DNA from: Bacteroidales bacterium UBA3764
GTDB taxonomy: Bacteria > Bacteroidota > Bacteroidia > Bacteroidales > UBA932
Assembly: GCA_002371115.1 (NCBI GenBank)
Contig: DFFY01000056.1
Span: 1 to 62,118 of the forward strand
Reading direction: 5' to 3'
Length of the DNA: 62,118 bases
This document shows positions 8,059 to 16,524 of the stretch, one piece after another. A program made the translations under genes and the position numbers. Position 1 is the first letter of the stretch. The number at the start of each line of letters is the position of its first letter. The notes beneath the pieces were generated by a model. It saw only the letters and a program-made list of their open reading frames with translations. It had not been told where the DNA came from and did no database searches.

Positions 8059-9159
8059 TTATCGATTCCCTTTCCTTCGGTTGTGCTCCATACAGAGCAT
8101 CTGGCAGTTCTCGGCTACGGTTTTTCCACCTTCCACCCAAGGGGTGATGTGATCGGCCTCCATTTCCTCTATCTCCCAGTGGGTTTTCTCCCGGCGCTCC
8201 TTCACGCAGTGGGGGCAGATGCCACCCTGGCGCTCATAGGCCTCCCGCTTTACGGCATCGTCAAAGGTCCTGAGGTTCAGGTACTTCTCGTTGCCGGTAA
8301 GCACATACTGGTAGATGCCGGACTTCTTCTGGATTTCGGGATCCTGCATCAGCGCAGCCACCTTAGCCTCCAACGCAGCGGTGTCCAGCAGTTTCTTGCC
8401 GAATTCATTATAAATCTCGCCCCAGGGCAGGCCCTTCATCTCCTTGCGGTAGGTGGGGAAAATGGTCTTCACCCAGTTGATAACGCTGGTATAGTATAAC
8501 CAGAGCTCGTTGCAATTGGGATCTCTCTGATGGTCGGCCATATATTGCTCGATGTTGCCGCCGGAAATCCACTTGAGTACCAACTCCAGTAGTCCCTGCC
8601 GATTCACTTCCACCCGGACGTATTTGTCGCCCAGGCCGATGCCGGCGCAATTCGTTTTAGAAAAATGCCGCTTGGCGTCGGTGAGCCAGGCGCCGGTATA
8701 CACGGCATTGCGAAGCTCCTGGTCCGAGAGCTTTTCTCCGGCTATGTTCACAATCTTGAACCAGTCCAACTTTTCGGAATCAGTTCCTTCGCAGAAATAG
8801 ACCATGAGCTTATAGTCCAGAATCTGCGCCTGCTGGTCATCGGTAAGCGTATGGAAGTATTTCTCGCCGATAGAAAAGTCGTTGTTCAGGTACTGGCAGA
8901 TGGAAATAGTGCGCTGCTGCCCGTCCAGCACCTCGAAGTTTCCGTCCTCCTTCTTCACCCAGTACATGATGTTGAGGGGAAATCCGTGCCGGACGGTATT
9001 GATGACCTCGTCCCGCTGCTTCCCGGTGTAAACGAATTCCCGCTGATATTTGGGACGGACATCCAGCCTGCCGCCATAGGCCACTACGCCTTCCTCCTGG
9101 CTGTCCACATAGCCATTGAAGAGGTCTCGGATGGTGATTTCATGAAGGGAGATTTTCAT
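8059..9159 (-). CDS. DUF262 (ParB/Srx-like) + HNH endonuclease, GmrSD-like
   Basis: PKYQREFVY, EVLDGQQR and F..VN motifs. C-terminal CPHC...EADHITPW..GG.T..ENCQMLC..HNRRKG. Confidence 0.88.
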   Translation of the reverse strand: MKISLHEITIRDLFNGYVDSQEEGVVAYGGRLDVRPKYQREFVYTGKQRDEVINTVRHGFPLNIMYWVKKEDGNFEVLDGQQRTISICQYLNNDFSIGEKYFHTLTDDQQAQILDYKLMVYFCEGTDSEKLDWFKIVNIAGEKLSDQELRNAVYTGAWLTDAKRHFSKTNCAGIGLGDKYVRVEVNRQGLLELVLKWISGGNIEQYMADHQRDPNCNELWLYYTSVINWVKTIFPTYRKEMKGLPWGEIYNEFGKKLLDTAALEAKVAALMQDPEIQKKSGIYQYVLTGNEKYLNLRTFDDAVKREAYERQGGICPHCVKERREKTHWEIEEMEADHITPWVEGGKTVAENCQMLCMEHNRRKGNR

Positions 9160-10205
9160 TTTTTGCGTCGGATTATGATTCTGGCATAGGGAAGGATAAT
9201 CTTTCCATCGCCATTGATTATATACAGAGAATTCATGTTTGCGGTTACATGGGCCATATTCCCTTGACTCCTAAGTTTCTTGATTGTTTCTGCACCCATT
9301 ATCCCAACTCCTTGCCCTCTTAGCCAATCTGTATCACAGGTATTGCCGATAATCTCAAATTGCTCAGGGTTGTACTTATCCATAAATGTGATAGGAACCC
9401 CCATTAGGCCATTATAATCTGCTGGTATGTCGCTTGTTCTTGCTATATCAATTGCATTATAGTTGGCATATTTGGGATAGTCAGTAGGGTTATATGTTTT
9501 GAAAAGAATCAACTCCTCATGTCGTTTTTGAATTTCAAGGTTCGTATACCACACAACACCCGATACCCGGATCATGCCAGCTTTGTGATCTCCTGCACTT
9601 GCTTTGTCCTCATAGCTACTGATAAAATGTGCAGCCCCACCTGAAAAACCATATCCGAGCCAAAGTTTGTTGTTTTGTATTAGAGGGAATATCTCCTTGT
9701 ATTTCAATGCGTTTTGGTGTCCAATAATGATAAAACTCTTGTCATATTTCACCAGCTGAGCCACATATTCCCTAAACAAGCTGAAGGGTGGATTGGTGCA
9801 GACAATATCTGCTTGTTTGAGGAGCTCTATGCATTCCTGGCTGCGAAAATCACCATCGCCCTGTAGGGGCAGCACCTCCATCTCTGATGGGTCAGGGACC
9901 TTGTTGCCATTCTTGTCGCCCTCGTAGATGATATAGACCGCCTGTTCGCAGGTGTTCATTGAGAACAGGTCGGGTTCATTGTTCTTATAACAGGTGGCAA
10001 TCAGTCTCTTCAACCCAAGAACCTCGAAGTTGAGGGCAAAATACTTGAAGAAATTGCTGACGCGAGGGTCATCACAGTTGCAGAGAACCGTTTTGCCCTT
10101 AAAATGAGGCCTGTAGTGCCGCAGTTCGTTTTCTATATCCGACAATTGGGTATAGAATTCGTCCTTTTTCGCGGTCTTGGCCGTGTTCAGAAGTTTGTTG
10201 GCCAT
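9156..10205 (-). CDS. EcoRI-family adenine-specific DNA methyltransferase
   Basis: AKKDEFYT, VLCNCDDP, GDGDFRS.EC, VCTNPPFSLFREY, MGVPITF.DKYNP.QFEI. ATGA overlap with the nuclease gene. Confidence 0.92.
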   Translation of the reverse strand: MANKLLNTAKTAKKDEFYTQLSDIENELRHYRPHFKGKTVLCNCDDPRVSNFFKYFALNFEVLGLKRLIATCYKNNEPDLFSMNTCEQAVYIIYEGDKNGNKVPDPSEMEVLPLQGDGDFRSQECIELLKQADIVCTNPPFSLFREYVAQLVKYDKSFIIIGHQNALKYKEIFPLIQNNKLWLGYGFSGGAAHFISSYEDKASAGDHKAGMIRVSGVVWYTNLEIQKRHEELILFKTYNPTDYPKYANYNAIDIARTSDIPADYNGLMGVPITFMDKYNPEQFEIIGNTCDTDWLRGQGVGIMGAETIKKLRSQGNMAHVTANMNSLYIINGDGKIILPYARIIIRRKK

Positions 10206-10474
10206 GATTGCGCTTCGGTTGTGGCATTTGATTTATCCGAAGCGCGAGCTCCCTAAGGCCAAAAAAGGCGTGGATCGTTTCTTACCCACGCTTCAGAGGC
10301 CCTAGGAAGCCCACCAAGATGAATAAGTCGTGTCCACGCCAAGGCGCAGACATTCACTGACTTATTCGGTTTTGGTGTTCTGAAATTTCCTAGGTTTCTG
10401 AAGCAACCGAATAAATAGCAAATGCTATGTTAATATGTATACAATACTCTTGTGAGTTTGTAAGCACAAAAATA
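10206..10474 (-). promoter_or_regulatory. Promoter and ~255-nt structured 5' leader of the MTase-nuclease operon
   Basis: TATTTTTG on minus at 10467-10474. Nested inverted repeats 10290-10308/10387-10404, 10312-10329/10359-10377, 10267-10274/10333-10340 and 10210-10218/10238-10246. Confidence 0.6.
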
Positions 10475-10536
10475 AAAAAATTCTGCGATTTTTAAGATAA
10501 TTCGTCGTTTTTTAGTAAACATTTTAGAGCTCAATG

Positions 10537-10968
10537 CTAATCTTCCGCCTCATCCTCTGGCAAATACTCGCACAGTATCTTCATGGCCACCTCGTGCACG
10601 TCCTTCGAGCGCCAGGAGAGTTTTTCGGCGGCATAGCCCGTCATATACACCGCCTGGCGATACTCCTCCTCACCTTCAAAGCCCAGCTTAAAGCGGTACT
10701 TTATCGCATTGATGGCTTTGGCCACTTGATTCAGATTTGTACCGGCCCTGTGCATTTCCCTATAAATGGTAATCAACCACTTGCGGAGCTGCATAAGTTC
10801 GCCGTCGGTTCCCTTGAAAACCATTCGTTTCCCACCACGGTTCAGCACCGTATTGATGATGAAACGGGACCTGGAATGATAGCCGTCTATTTGCATCAAC
10901 TCCATCATTTTGTCGTACTGTTCCTCCGTCATTCGAAGGCTTATCATCTTTGTCTTTTTTGCTTTCAT
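10537..10968 (-). CDS. mobC: Relaxosome accessory protein MobC (RHH)
   Basis: ISLRMTEEQY ribbon-helix-helix start and RAGTNLNQVAKAIN MobC motif. Start placed at MKAKK. Confidence 0.8.
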   Translation of the reverse strand: MKAKKTKMISLRMTEEQYDKMMELMQIDGYHSRSRFIINTVLNRGGKRMVFKGTDGELMQLRKWLITIYREMHRAGTNLNQVAKAINAIKYRFKLGFEGEEEYRQAVYMTGYAAEKLSWRSKDVHEVAMKILCEYLPEDEAED

Positions 10969-11016
10969 GGCTTTTTCTTTTTCATCTTCTTTTGTCCGCC
11001 AAAGGCGTAGAAAAGG

Positions 11017-11057
11017 CCCGCCAGGGCCCGCGTTTGTATCACAAACGCACATCTTGC
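11017..11057. promoter_or_regulatory. Candidate oriT
   Basis: Inverted repeats gggccc/cccgccagggccc and gcgtttgt-atc-acaaacgc next to acatcttgc, directly upstream of mobC. Confidence 0.5.
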
Positions 11058-11130
11058 AATTCCTTTTTCACCGGCGTATCACTAATTTTTCTCGTATTCT
11101 GGTATTCTATAAATCTACAAGTCTATCAAT

Positions 11131-11763
11131 CTACAAATCTATAGGTACTGTAAGCAGTTTGCCTGCTGCCACCATCTCCTGGAATACTTCTTCCAGCTGT
11201 TGCCGTTTAGCTACATTGGAGTTTCCGGTGTCGGCATTTACAATTCCGGCCGAGAGGAGAAAGTCAAAAACCAGAGAAAGAGTCTGGTCACTATAGTAGG
11301 TGATGCGCCCGTAGTTCTTGACATCGGCATAGCAATTCTTTGCCACTTTGGCAAGCGTCTCACGATTCTTCCGCTCCACCGTCTCCGGGTCTTCCGGCTT
11401 CGGCTTTTCTTGTTCACGGCGAAGCCGCCTGAGGGCTTCCAGCCGCATCGGGCAATGGTGATAGATTTCCATGATGCGGATGAACTCCGCAGGTGAAAGT
11501 TTATACATCGGCCCCAATTGGGCGCAGACGCCGGCACGAATAGCGACGCGGATTTCATCTACGCACCAGGAATCATAGGTGGTATACAACTCTGACAACA
11601 TCAGGTTGACAATAGCATCGACAATTTTGGGATCCGCCACTTCGCATCGAAGGGAAAAGGCTTCATCGATGACAATATCGGCCAGATGATTCCTCATCTC
11701 TTCAAACGGGATGAGGGCAATGGGGCGGCTGCTCCGGGCCTTGAGGATTGCACTGACAGTCAT
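11131..11763 (-). CDS. Hypothetical protein, likely phage-type replication accessory/helicase-loader-like
   Basis: ATGA-coupled downstream of the HTH replication initiator. Helical protein. Assignment is mainly positional. Confidence 0.5.
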   Translation of the reverse strand: MTVSAILKARSSRPIALIPFEEMRNHLADIVIDEAFSLRCEVADPKIVDAIVNLMLSELYTTYDSWCVDEIRVAIRAGVCAQLGPMYKLSPAEFIRIMEIYHHCPMRLEALRRLRREQEKPKPEDPETVERKNRETLAKVAKNCYADVKNYGRITYYSDQTLSLVFDFLLSAGIVNADTGNSNVAKRQQLEEVFQEMVAAGKLLTVPIDL

Positions 11764-12308
11764 TCTCCAACACCTCCTTCCATTTTCAGCGCCTGCTTGA
11801 CGGCTTCATTTCGGGCGATGACGCTAGTTCCCACTCTTTTTGGCTTGAAATCGACCGTCTCCTGATGTATCTTTTCAAAGCAAGAGCAAATATATTCATT
11901 GGTCCATTGTTTCTTTGTTTTCTTTTCTTTTGTTTTATGTTGCCCGGCGCCCGCCGCTTCCGGGACTTCCGGCAACGGGTCTTCCGTAGCAGGCGTTTCC
12001 GACTTCGGCGTAACCGAAATGACTTCCCTGACGACATAGTCCGGTCCCAAGATTCGGCCTTTGGCATCCCGCACTTGTGTTTTGGTCAGGTATCCCGCCA
12101 CCTCAAGTTCCCTGATGGCCGACATCACGGCTTCTCGTCCCTCCTGGAGGAAAGACAGAATACCCGCCACAGTAAAATGCCAACCTTCCGGAAGATTCAA
12201 AAGAATGGTCAAAAGTGCCTTGGCTTTCAAGGACAGACTTTTGGAGAGGATGGTCGTCTTTGCAAGCGTGTAATAAGGCATACCCTCATTTCTGCGTATC
12301 TGTCTCAT
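11760..12308 (-). CDS. Winged-HTH replication initiator-like protein
   Basis: LSLKAKALL..LL.LPEGWHF......L.EGREAV.SAIRELE.AGYL is typical of phage/IME replication organiser N-domains. Start MRQIRR overlaps the xis stop. Confidence 0.7.
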   Translation of the reverse strand: MRQIRRNEGMPYYTLAKTTILSKSLSLKAKALLTILLNLPEGWHFTVAGILSFLQEGREAVMSAIRELEVAGYLTKTQVRDAKGRILGPDYVVREVISVTPKSETPATEDPLPEVPEAAGAGQHKTKEKKTKKQWTNEYICSCFEKIHQETVDFKPKRVGTSVIARNEAVKQALKMEGGVGE

Positions 12309-12616
12309 AACCGGTCCTCCTTTGCGCTTAGAATCCGCATGACATCCCGTTTCCGGTAGAGAATCTTCCGCCCGGCCTTTACGGGCTTGAGATAATGTGA
12401 ATTGCTCCAATGCCAAAGGGTGGTGTCACATACGCCGAATAGTTCCATCACTTCGGCTTTGCTCAAGTATTCGTCACCGTCGGCCGATGCTTGATCGGCC
12501 TTGGCTTTTCTGACGGCGGCTTCGAAAAGATGGGTGGCAAAGTCCCTGAGGTCCTTTGCCGTGATTTGAATGGTCACGCTGGCGCTGCCATTCTCGATGA
12601 TAGATTGCAAGTCCAT
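12305..12616 (-). CDS. Excisionase-like HTH_17 DNA-binding protein
   Basis: EYLSKAEVMELFGVCDTTLWHW....YLKPVKAGRKILYRKRDV. Confidence 0.85.
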   Translation of the reverse strand: MDLQSIIENGSASVTIQITAKDLRDFATHLFEAAVRKAKADQASADGDEYLSKAEVMELFGVCDTTLWHWSNSHYLKPVKAGRKILYRKRDVMRILSAKEDRL

Positions 12617-12729
12617 ATGTTGCAGTATTTCCGGGCGGGTTATGGACTTCTCCGCCAGAGGCCCGTAACGGAAAAGCCGCCACCCGACTATCGGGCGACG
12701 GCATGCCGTACTACAACAATAAGAGCGAA

Positions 12730-13473
12730 TTACTTGCCAGTCTGCTTTGGCTGCTCTGGCTGGGATTTTGGCTGGTTTGGCTGATTATTCTGACCGCTTT
12801 GGCAAGTTTTGCCTGTCAGTTCATTGTAAATCGCCGCAATCCGTACCTGGTCATTTTTCTTTTCCCGGCCTTCCGGGCGGTTCTTGATAGCCGAGCACGC
12901 ATGACGAACAGAAGTCTCTTTGGCGAAAGAATAACTGGAATATGTGTTAACAAGGGCGTCCAGCATGGTCTTTGGTTTGGGGTCTTTCAGAATGTGATGC
13001 TGAGACAGGGCATAGTAAAGATATGCCAGCTGCGGCCCTTTTCGATTACTGTCAAGAGATATCCAGCGGTAAAGATTTGAAAAGAATTGTGGTGGAGTAC
13101 CCTCCTCGCAGATATCTTTGATGGCCGGCGGCTCCGACTCCGAAATGTCCTTTTCAGGCAGGGTAATGTCCTCTGCATCTTTCGGATTTTCCGTTTTCAG
13201 CGTGAAAACATACACACAAAGTTTGAAACTCCAGCAAACTACCAGATACATGATGAAACCGGCAAGAACCTTGGACAGTTCCAGTAGAATGAGCAATATC
13301 GGATGGTCCTGAGCATCAGGAACCCCTGCCAAATCCTTGAAAAACCAGTAGATGAAAAGGAAAACCAGGATGAGCACCGCAGCTGTAAGGAATCCCCGGT
13401 TCACACCCTGCCGCCGTTCATCGTCCGAGATGAGCGTTTGAGGGATAGGCGTTATGACATCCAGCCAGGCCAT
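12730..13473 (-). CDS. Hypothetical two-TM membrane protein
   Basis: Two hydrophobic segments followed by a soluble domain and a Q/N/P-rich tail. Degraded paralogue at 16285-16524. Confidence 0.7.
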   Translation of the reverse strand: MAWLDVITPIPQTLISDDERRQGVNRGFLTAAVLILVFLFIYWFFKDLAGVPDAQDHPILLILLELSKVLAGFIMYLVVCWSFKLCVYVFTLKTENPKDAEDITLPEKDISESEPPAIKDICEEGTPPQFFSNLYRWISLDSNRKGPQLAYLYYALSQHHILKDPKPKTMLDALVNTYSSYSFAKETSVRHACSAIKNRPEGREKKNDQVRIAAIYNELTGKTCQSGQNNQPNQPKSQPEQPKQTGK

Positions 13474-14327
13474 TATTGTTCTTCAATCTGTTCTGGCGTT
13501 TCCGGCCCATGGAGAGCCTTGGCATTTTGACGTGTAACTACGCTCCTTCCAAGTTGTTTTTCCAGCTCTTTTCTTGCCGTCGCGGCAACACGGCCACCTC
13601 GCTTAGCGACAGACTTCTGCTCATTGAATCCTTGGGGGTCTATCTTTTGGGATAATTCTGTAGCTGCGACCTCGGCCAAAGTATTCAACGCGCTCTCCGT
13701 TCTTGTCATATGGTCACGAAGGTTTTCCTTTTTCAGGCCCTTATAGTTTTTGTACTGACGAGTGGTCATACCGGACCATTCATATGTTATTATATCAGTA
13801 AGAGTCGCATATTGCTGCCCAGTAACACCTGTCCGCTTCCATTCATCTGTCAGCGCTTTTCGGGCATCCCTCCCCTTCATACGCTCATTAATCCACGCTT
13901 CGGAATACCCTAGCCTGCGATAATACTCATATCCCCGTTCTATAGCCAGTTCTGGGTCCTGCATTTCATCAACGCGGTCACTTGCAACCCTTGCCATCCA
14001 TTGTTTGAAGGGCTCCGCCTTCGTTGACGGAACAGATTGAATAATGCGAAAGATAGTTTGAATATCAGCGACATCCGTCGGATGATGTTTCCCGTCCGCA
14101 GATAGCATTTTCAACCTCTTACAATTTGTAAGAAGTTCTTCTGCGCCTTCTTCCTTAAGCCTCGTCTTCAACACAGACCAATATGTACTGGCCCTTTTGG
14201 GCGTGGGCTGATCGGTTAATGCTCCAACAACATCAACAATGGAAAAATACCATTTTTCATCTTCTTCACTCCAGGAGGTCCTTATTTTCTTGTCCTCAAA
14301 TAATTGTAGCTCCTCTTTTTGTCCCAT
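13473..14327 (-). CDS. Bro-N domain (phage antirepressor-like) protein
   Basis: LFEDKKIRT.W.....KWYFSIVDVV..LT, YWSVLK.RL, RIIQSVPS.KAEPFKQWMA, ENLRDHMT. Confidence 0.85.
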   Translation of the reverse strand: MGQKEELQLFEDKKIRTSWSEEDEKWYFSIVDVVGALTDQPTPKRASTYWSVLKTRLKEEGAEELLTNCKRLKMLSADGKHHPTDVADIQTIFRIIQSVPSTKAEPFKQWMARVASDRVDEMQDPELAIERGYEYYRRLGYSEAWINERMKGRDARKALTDEWKRTGVTGQQYATLTDIITYEWSGMTTRQYKNYKGLKKENLRDHMTRTESALNTLAEVAATELSQKIDPQGFNEQKSVAKRGGRVAATARKELEKQLGRSVVTRQNAKALHGPETPEQIEEQ

Positions 14328-14359
14328 AACAAATGTTCTTTTTCTGCGAATATACGCAA

Positions 14360-15745
14360 TTATTCCAGCACATTCAAATCCTTGTCAACTTTGTAGGCGG
14401 GTTGACGGAAGGCAATGTTACGTAAGGCAAAGTCATCGCGGATTTCCATGTTGGTGTAGCGCTCAACGGCCTTACTGCCACGGCGGTGAAGGCCGGCGGC
14501 ATACATGTCTATCTGGTATTTGGCCATGATATCCACGCAGGTGGAGCGGGCGGTCTTGCTGCTGGCGCGCTGCCAGAGAGGGAAGTATTCGTTCTCGCCG
14601 GTCTTCTCGTTGTGTATCGGCACCAGACGGTCGATTCCTGCTATTTCCAGCAGCTGCTTAATCTTCTTGTTGTAACCACTCTTGCCTCCCTCATAAAAGA
14701 TGACACGGAAGGAAAAGTCCCTGGCCTTGATGATATCAAAGGCATACCGCACAAGCGGCGTCTTAATTTCCTTGTAGTTGGTCTGAGAGCCCTTTGTCTT
14801 CTTGGGAAGGTAGTGGATATAGGGGATGCCCTCGTCCGTCACGAAGATATGCTCCATCTTGAAGCGTTTGTAGTCGCTGATACGGCAGCCCAGGGCGCAG
14901 TGGACCAGAAAGGCATCCTTGGTTTCCTGTAATGTTTCCGGCACCTCCGTTGCTTTCACTTTTTCAAGTTCGTCAATGGTCAGGAAGATGGGATCGTCCT
15001 CCTTGGTCTGGGTAAGTTTCTTTTTTCGGTCCGGACTAAGCCGCCGGAATGGTGATTTGACTATGTCATCACGTATTTCCAAATAATTGAAGAACGTAAT
15101 TAACATCTTCATTTCGTGTGCAACAGTGTTTGCTCCACGACGTTTGGTGGGAATCTCCACCTTTTTTAGTTCTTGATAAATTCGCTTGTATTTAGGCACG
15201 TAAAGATACTCGTCAAAGAGAAACTGGCGGAGTTTCATTATCTCGTCAACATCAAACTCGGCAGGCATGATTTCCTCCAGCCCGTTGATTTGAAGATATC
15301 GGGACAAGCGGTTGTGTACCCCATTGAAATGCTTGTATCGACTTAAACCAAAAAGTCCATCACGATAACTGTCTTGAATGTACTTGTTCAAAGAATACAG
15401 CAACGTTTTCTTCTCGTTGCGTATAATAACGTCAGGGTTCAATTCCTTTGCCACTGATTCTTCATATTGGGCAGCCGTTATTATCTCTCCGGCTTCCACC
15501 AGCTTGCGATATGCCCGCCGCATAGCATCAATCTCGCGAGTGATATCGTCCTCCAACTGCTTATTGTACACAGAAACCTTTGGCCGAAGTGTACCGTCTA
15601 CGTTGAACTTGGAAAGATCCGCGAGCGAGGCCTTGATGTTGCTCTTGTGATAAAGGTCAGCCCTGCGGCCATCTGTCAAGCGGAACCGCAGCCTGATTTC
15701 CCCTTCCGTTTTCGTTGTCCTGGCAAATATTACAATCCGTTCCAT
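14360..15745 (-). CDS. Tyrosine recombinase/integrase
   Basis: N-terminal arm-binding-like IRLRFRLTDGR, SAM-like middle domain, catalytic GCRISD...PKKT...SKTARST...GLH..GS.AVERY. Adjacent to att. Confidence 0.92.
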   Translation of the reverse strand: MERIVIFARTTKTEGEIRLRFRLTDGRRADLYHKSNIKASLADLSKFNVDGTLRPKVSVYNKQLEDDITREIDAMRRAYRKLVEAGEIITAAQYEESVAKELNPDVIIRNEKKTLLYSLNKYIQDSYRDGLFGLSRYKHFNGVHNRLSRYLQINGLEEIMPAEFDVDEIMKLRQFLFDEYLYVPKYKRIYQELKKVEIPTKRRGANTVAHEMKMLITFFNYLEIRDDIVKSPFRRLSPDRKKKLTQTKEDDPIFLTIDELEKVKATEVPETLQETKDAFLVHCALGCRISDYKRFKMEHIFVTDEGIPYIHYLPKKTKGSQTNYKEIKTPLVRYAFDIIKARDFSFRVIFYEGGKSGYNKKIKQLLEIAGIDRLVPIHNEKTGENEYFPLWQRASSKTARSTCVDIMAKYQIDMYAAGLHRRGSKAVERYTNMEIRDDFALRNIAFRQPAYKVDKDLNVLE

Positions 15746-15760
15746 AAGCGACCAAATTTA

Positions 15761-15823
15761 CGTTGTGCAAATATACGATTTTTGCACAACAGAATTGCAA
15801 TTTTGCACAACATTTACAAAACA
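15761..15823. promoter_or_regulatory. Candidate integrase arm-type sites
   Basis: ttgcacaaca at 15782 and 15803, an inverted copy at 15761, and matching ttgcacgaca/ttgcgcaacg at 5289-5309 inside the other end. Confidence 0.55.
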
Positions 15824-15900
15824 GAGTCAATTAATATATTTATAAACAATTGATTTATAACTCAATTTGATTGATTTTGGTTTACCTCGTTTTAAAATAC

Positions 15901-15950
15901 CGATTCCCGCTCTGGGCACCAAAAAAGGACCGATAGTTCGGTCCTTTTTT
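15901..15950 (+). terminator. attR with the displaced tRNA 3' end (..GCACCA) and the original tRNA terminator
   Basis: cgattcccgctctgggcacca then aaaaaggaccg-atagtt-cggtcctttttt. Confidence 0.85.
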
Positions 15951-16107
15951 GGTGCCCCATGTCTTCGACTCACGGGGGAAGCATCCCCCGACACCCCCTC
16001 GGTCGGCCTCCAGCCTCCGATTGTTTGACTGTGCCCATGCTATCTTATTAGAGGCTATGGGTGAAAAGTTGGTATTCTCTGTCTCAAACCAATCCTACGA
16101 GGCAAAT

Positions 16108-16270
16108 GGAAATGACAACAGCATCCCCTCAAGACCCGGTTCAAGGGTCAGTTCGCAGGGGCGCTGCACCAGTACCCGTATTACAGTCACGGGAGGTCCG
16201 TCCGCAAGTTCTGCGAGGACGAGGGCCTGGACTACCAGAAGCTCTGCAAGTATGCCCGGGAGCACGGCCC
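16108..16270 (+). pseudogene. Possible IS66 TnpA-like fragment
   Basis: A frameshifted reading gives ..SHGRSVRKFCEDEGLDYQKLCKYARE, resembling small IS66 accessory proteins. No transposase or IRs found. Confidence 0.25.
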
Positions 16271-16284
16271 CGGCTCCGATGTCG

Positions 16285-16524
16285 GCAAACAAGACAGTTA
16301 GATGATGAATCCGGCCAAGAACTTTGGCTAACTCCAGCAGAACAAGCAGTACCGGATGGTTTGGGGCATCCGAAATCCCCCTAAATTTCAGAAAAGCCAG
16401 TAGATGAAAAGGAAAAGCAGGATGAGTACCGCGGCCATAAGGTATCCTCAGTTCACACCCTGCCGCCATTCATCGTCCGAGATGAGCGTTTTGGGGATAT
16501 GCGTTTGACGTCCAGCCAGGTCAT
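16285..16524 (-). pseudogene. Frameshifted, truncated paralogue of the membrane protein gene 12730-13473
   Basis: Shares tggctgga..aaacgctcatctcggacgatgaa.ggcggcagggtgtgaac and gaccatccg..a.tgct..ttct.ctgga with 13230-13473. Contains a frameshift and an internal TGA. Confidence 0.8.

Larger units (their letters stand above)
5215..15919. mobile_element. ~10.7 kb integrative element (satellite/mobilisable-like) inserted in the tRNA-Leu 3' end
   Basis: Perfect 19-bp direct repeat cgattcccgctctgggcac at 5215-5233 and 15901-15919, integrase next to the distal att, all genes co-oriented, lower GC than the flanks. Confidence 0.92.

Noticed and set aside
5215-15919. Prophage
   Set aside because: No terminase, capsid, tail or lysis genes
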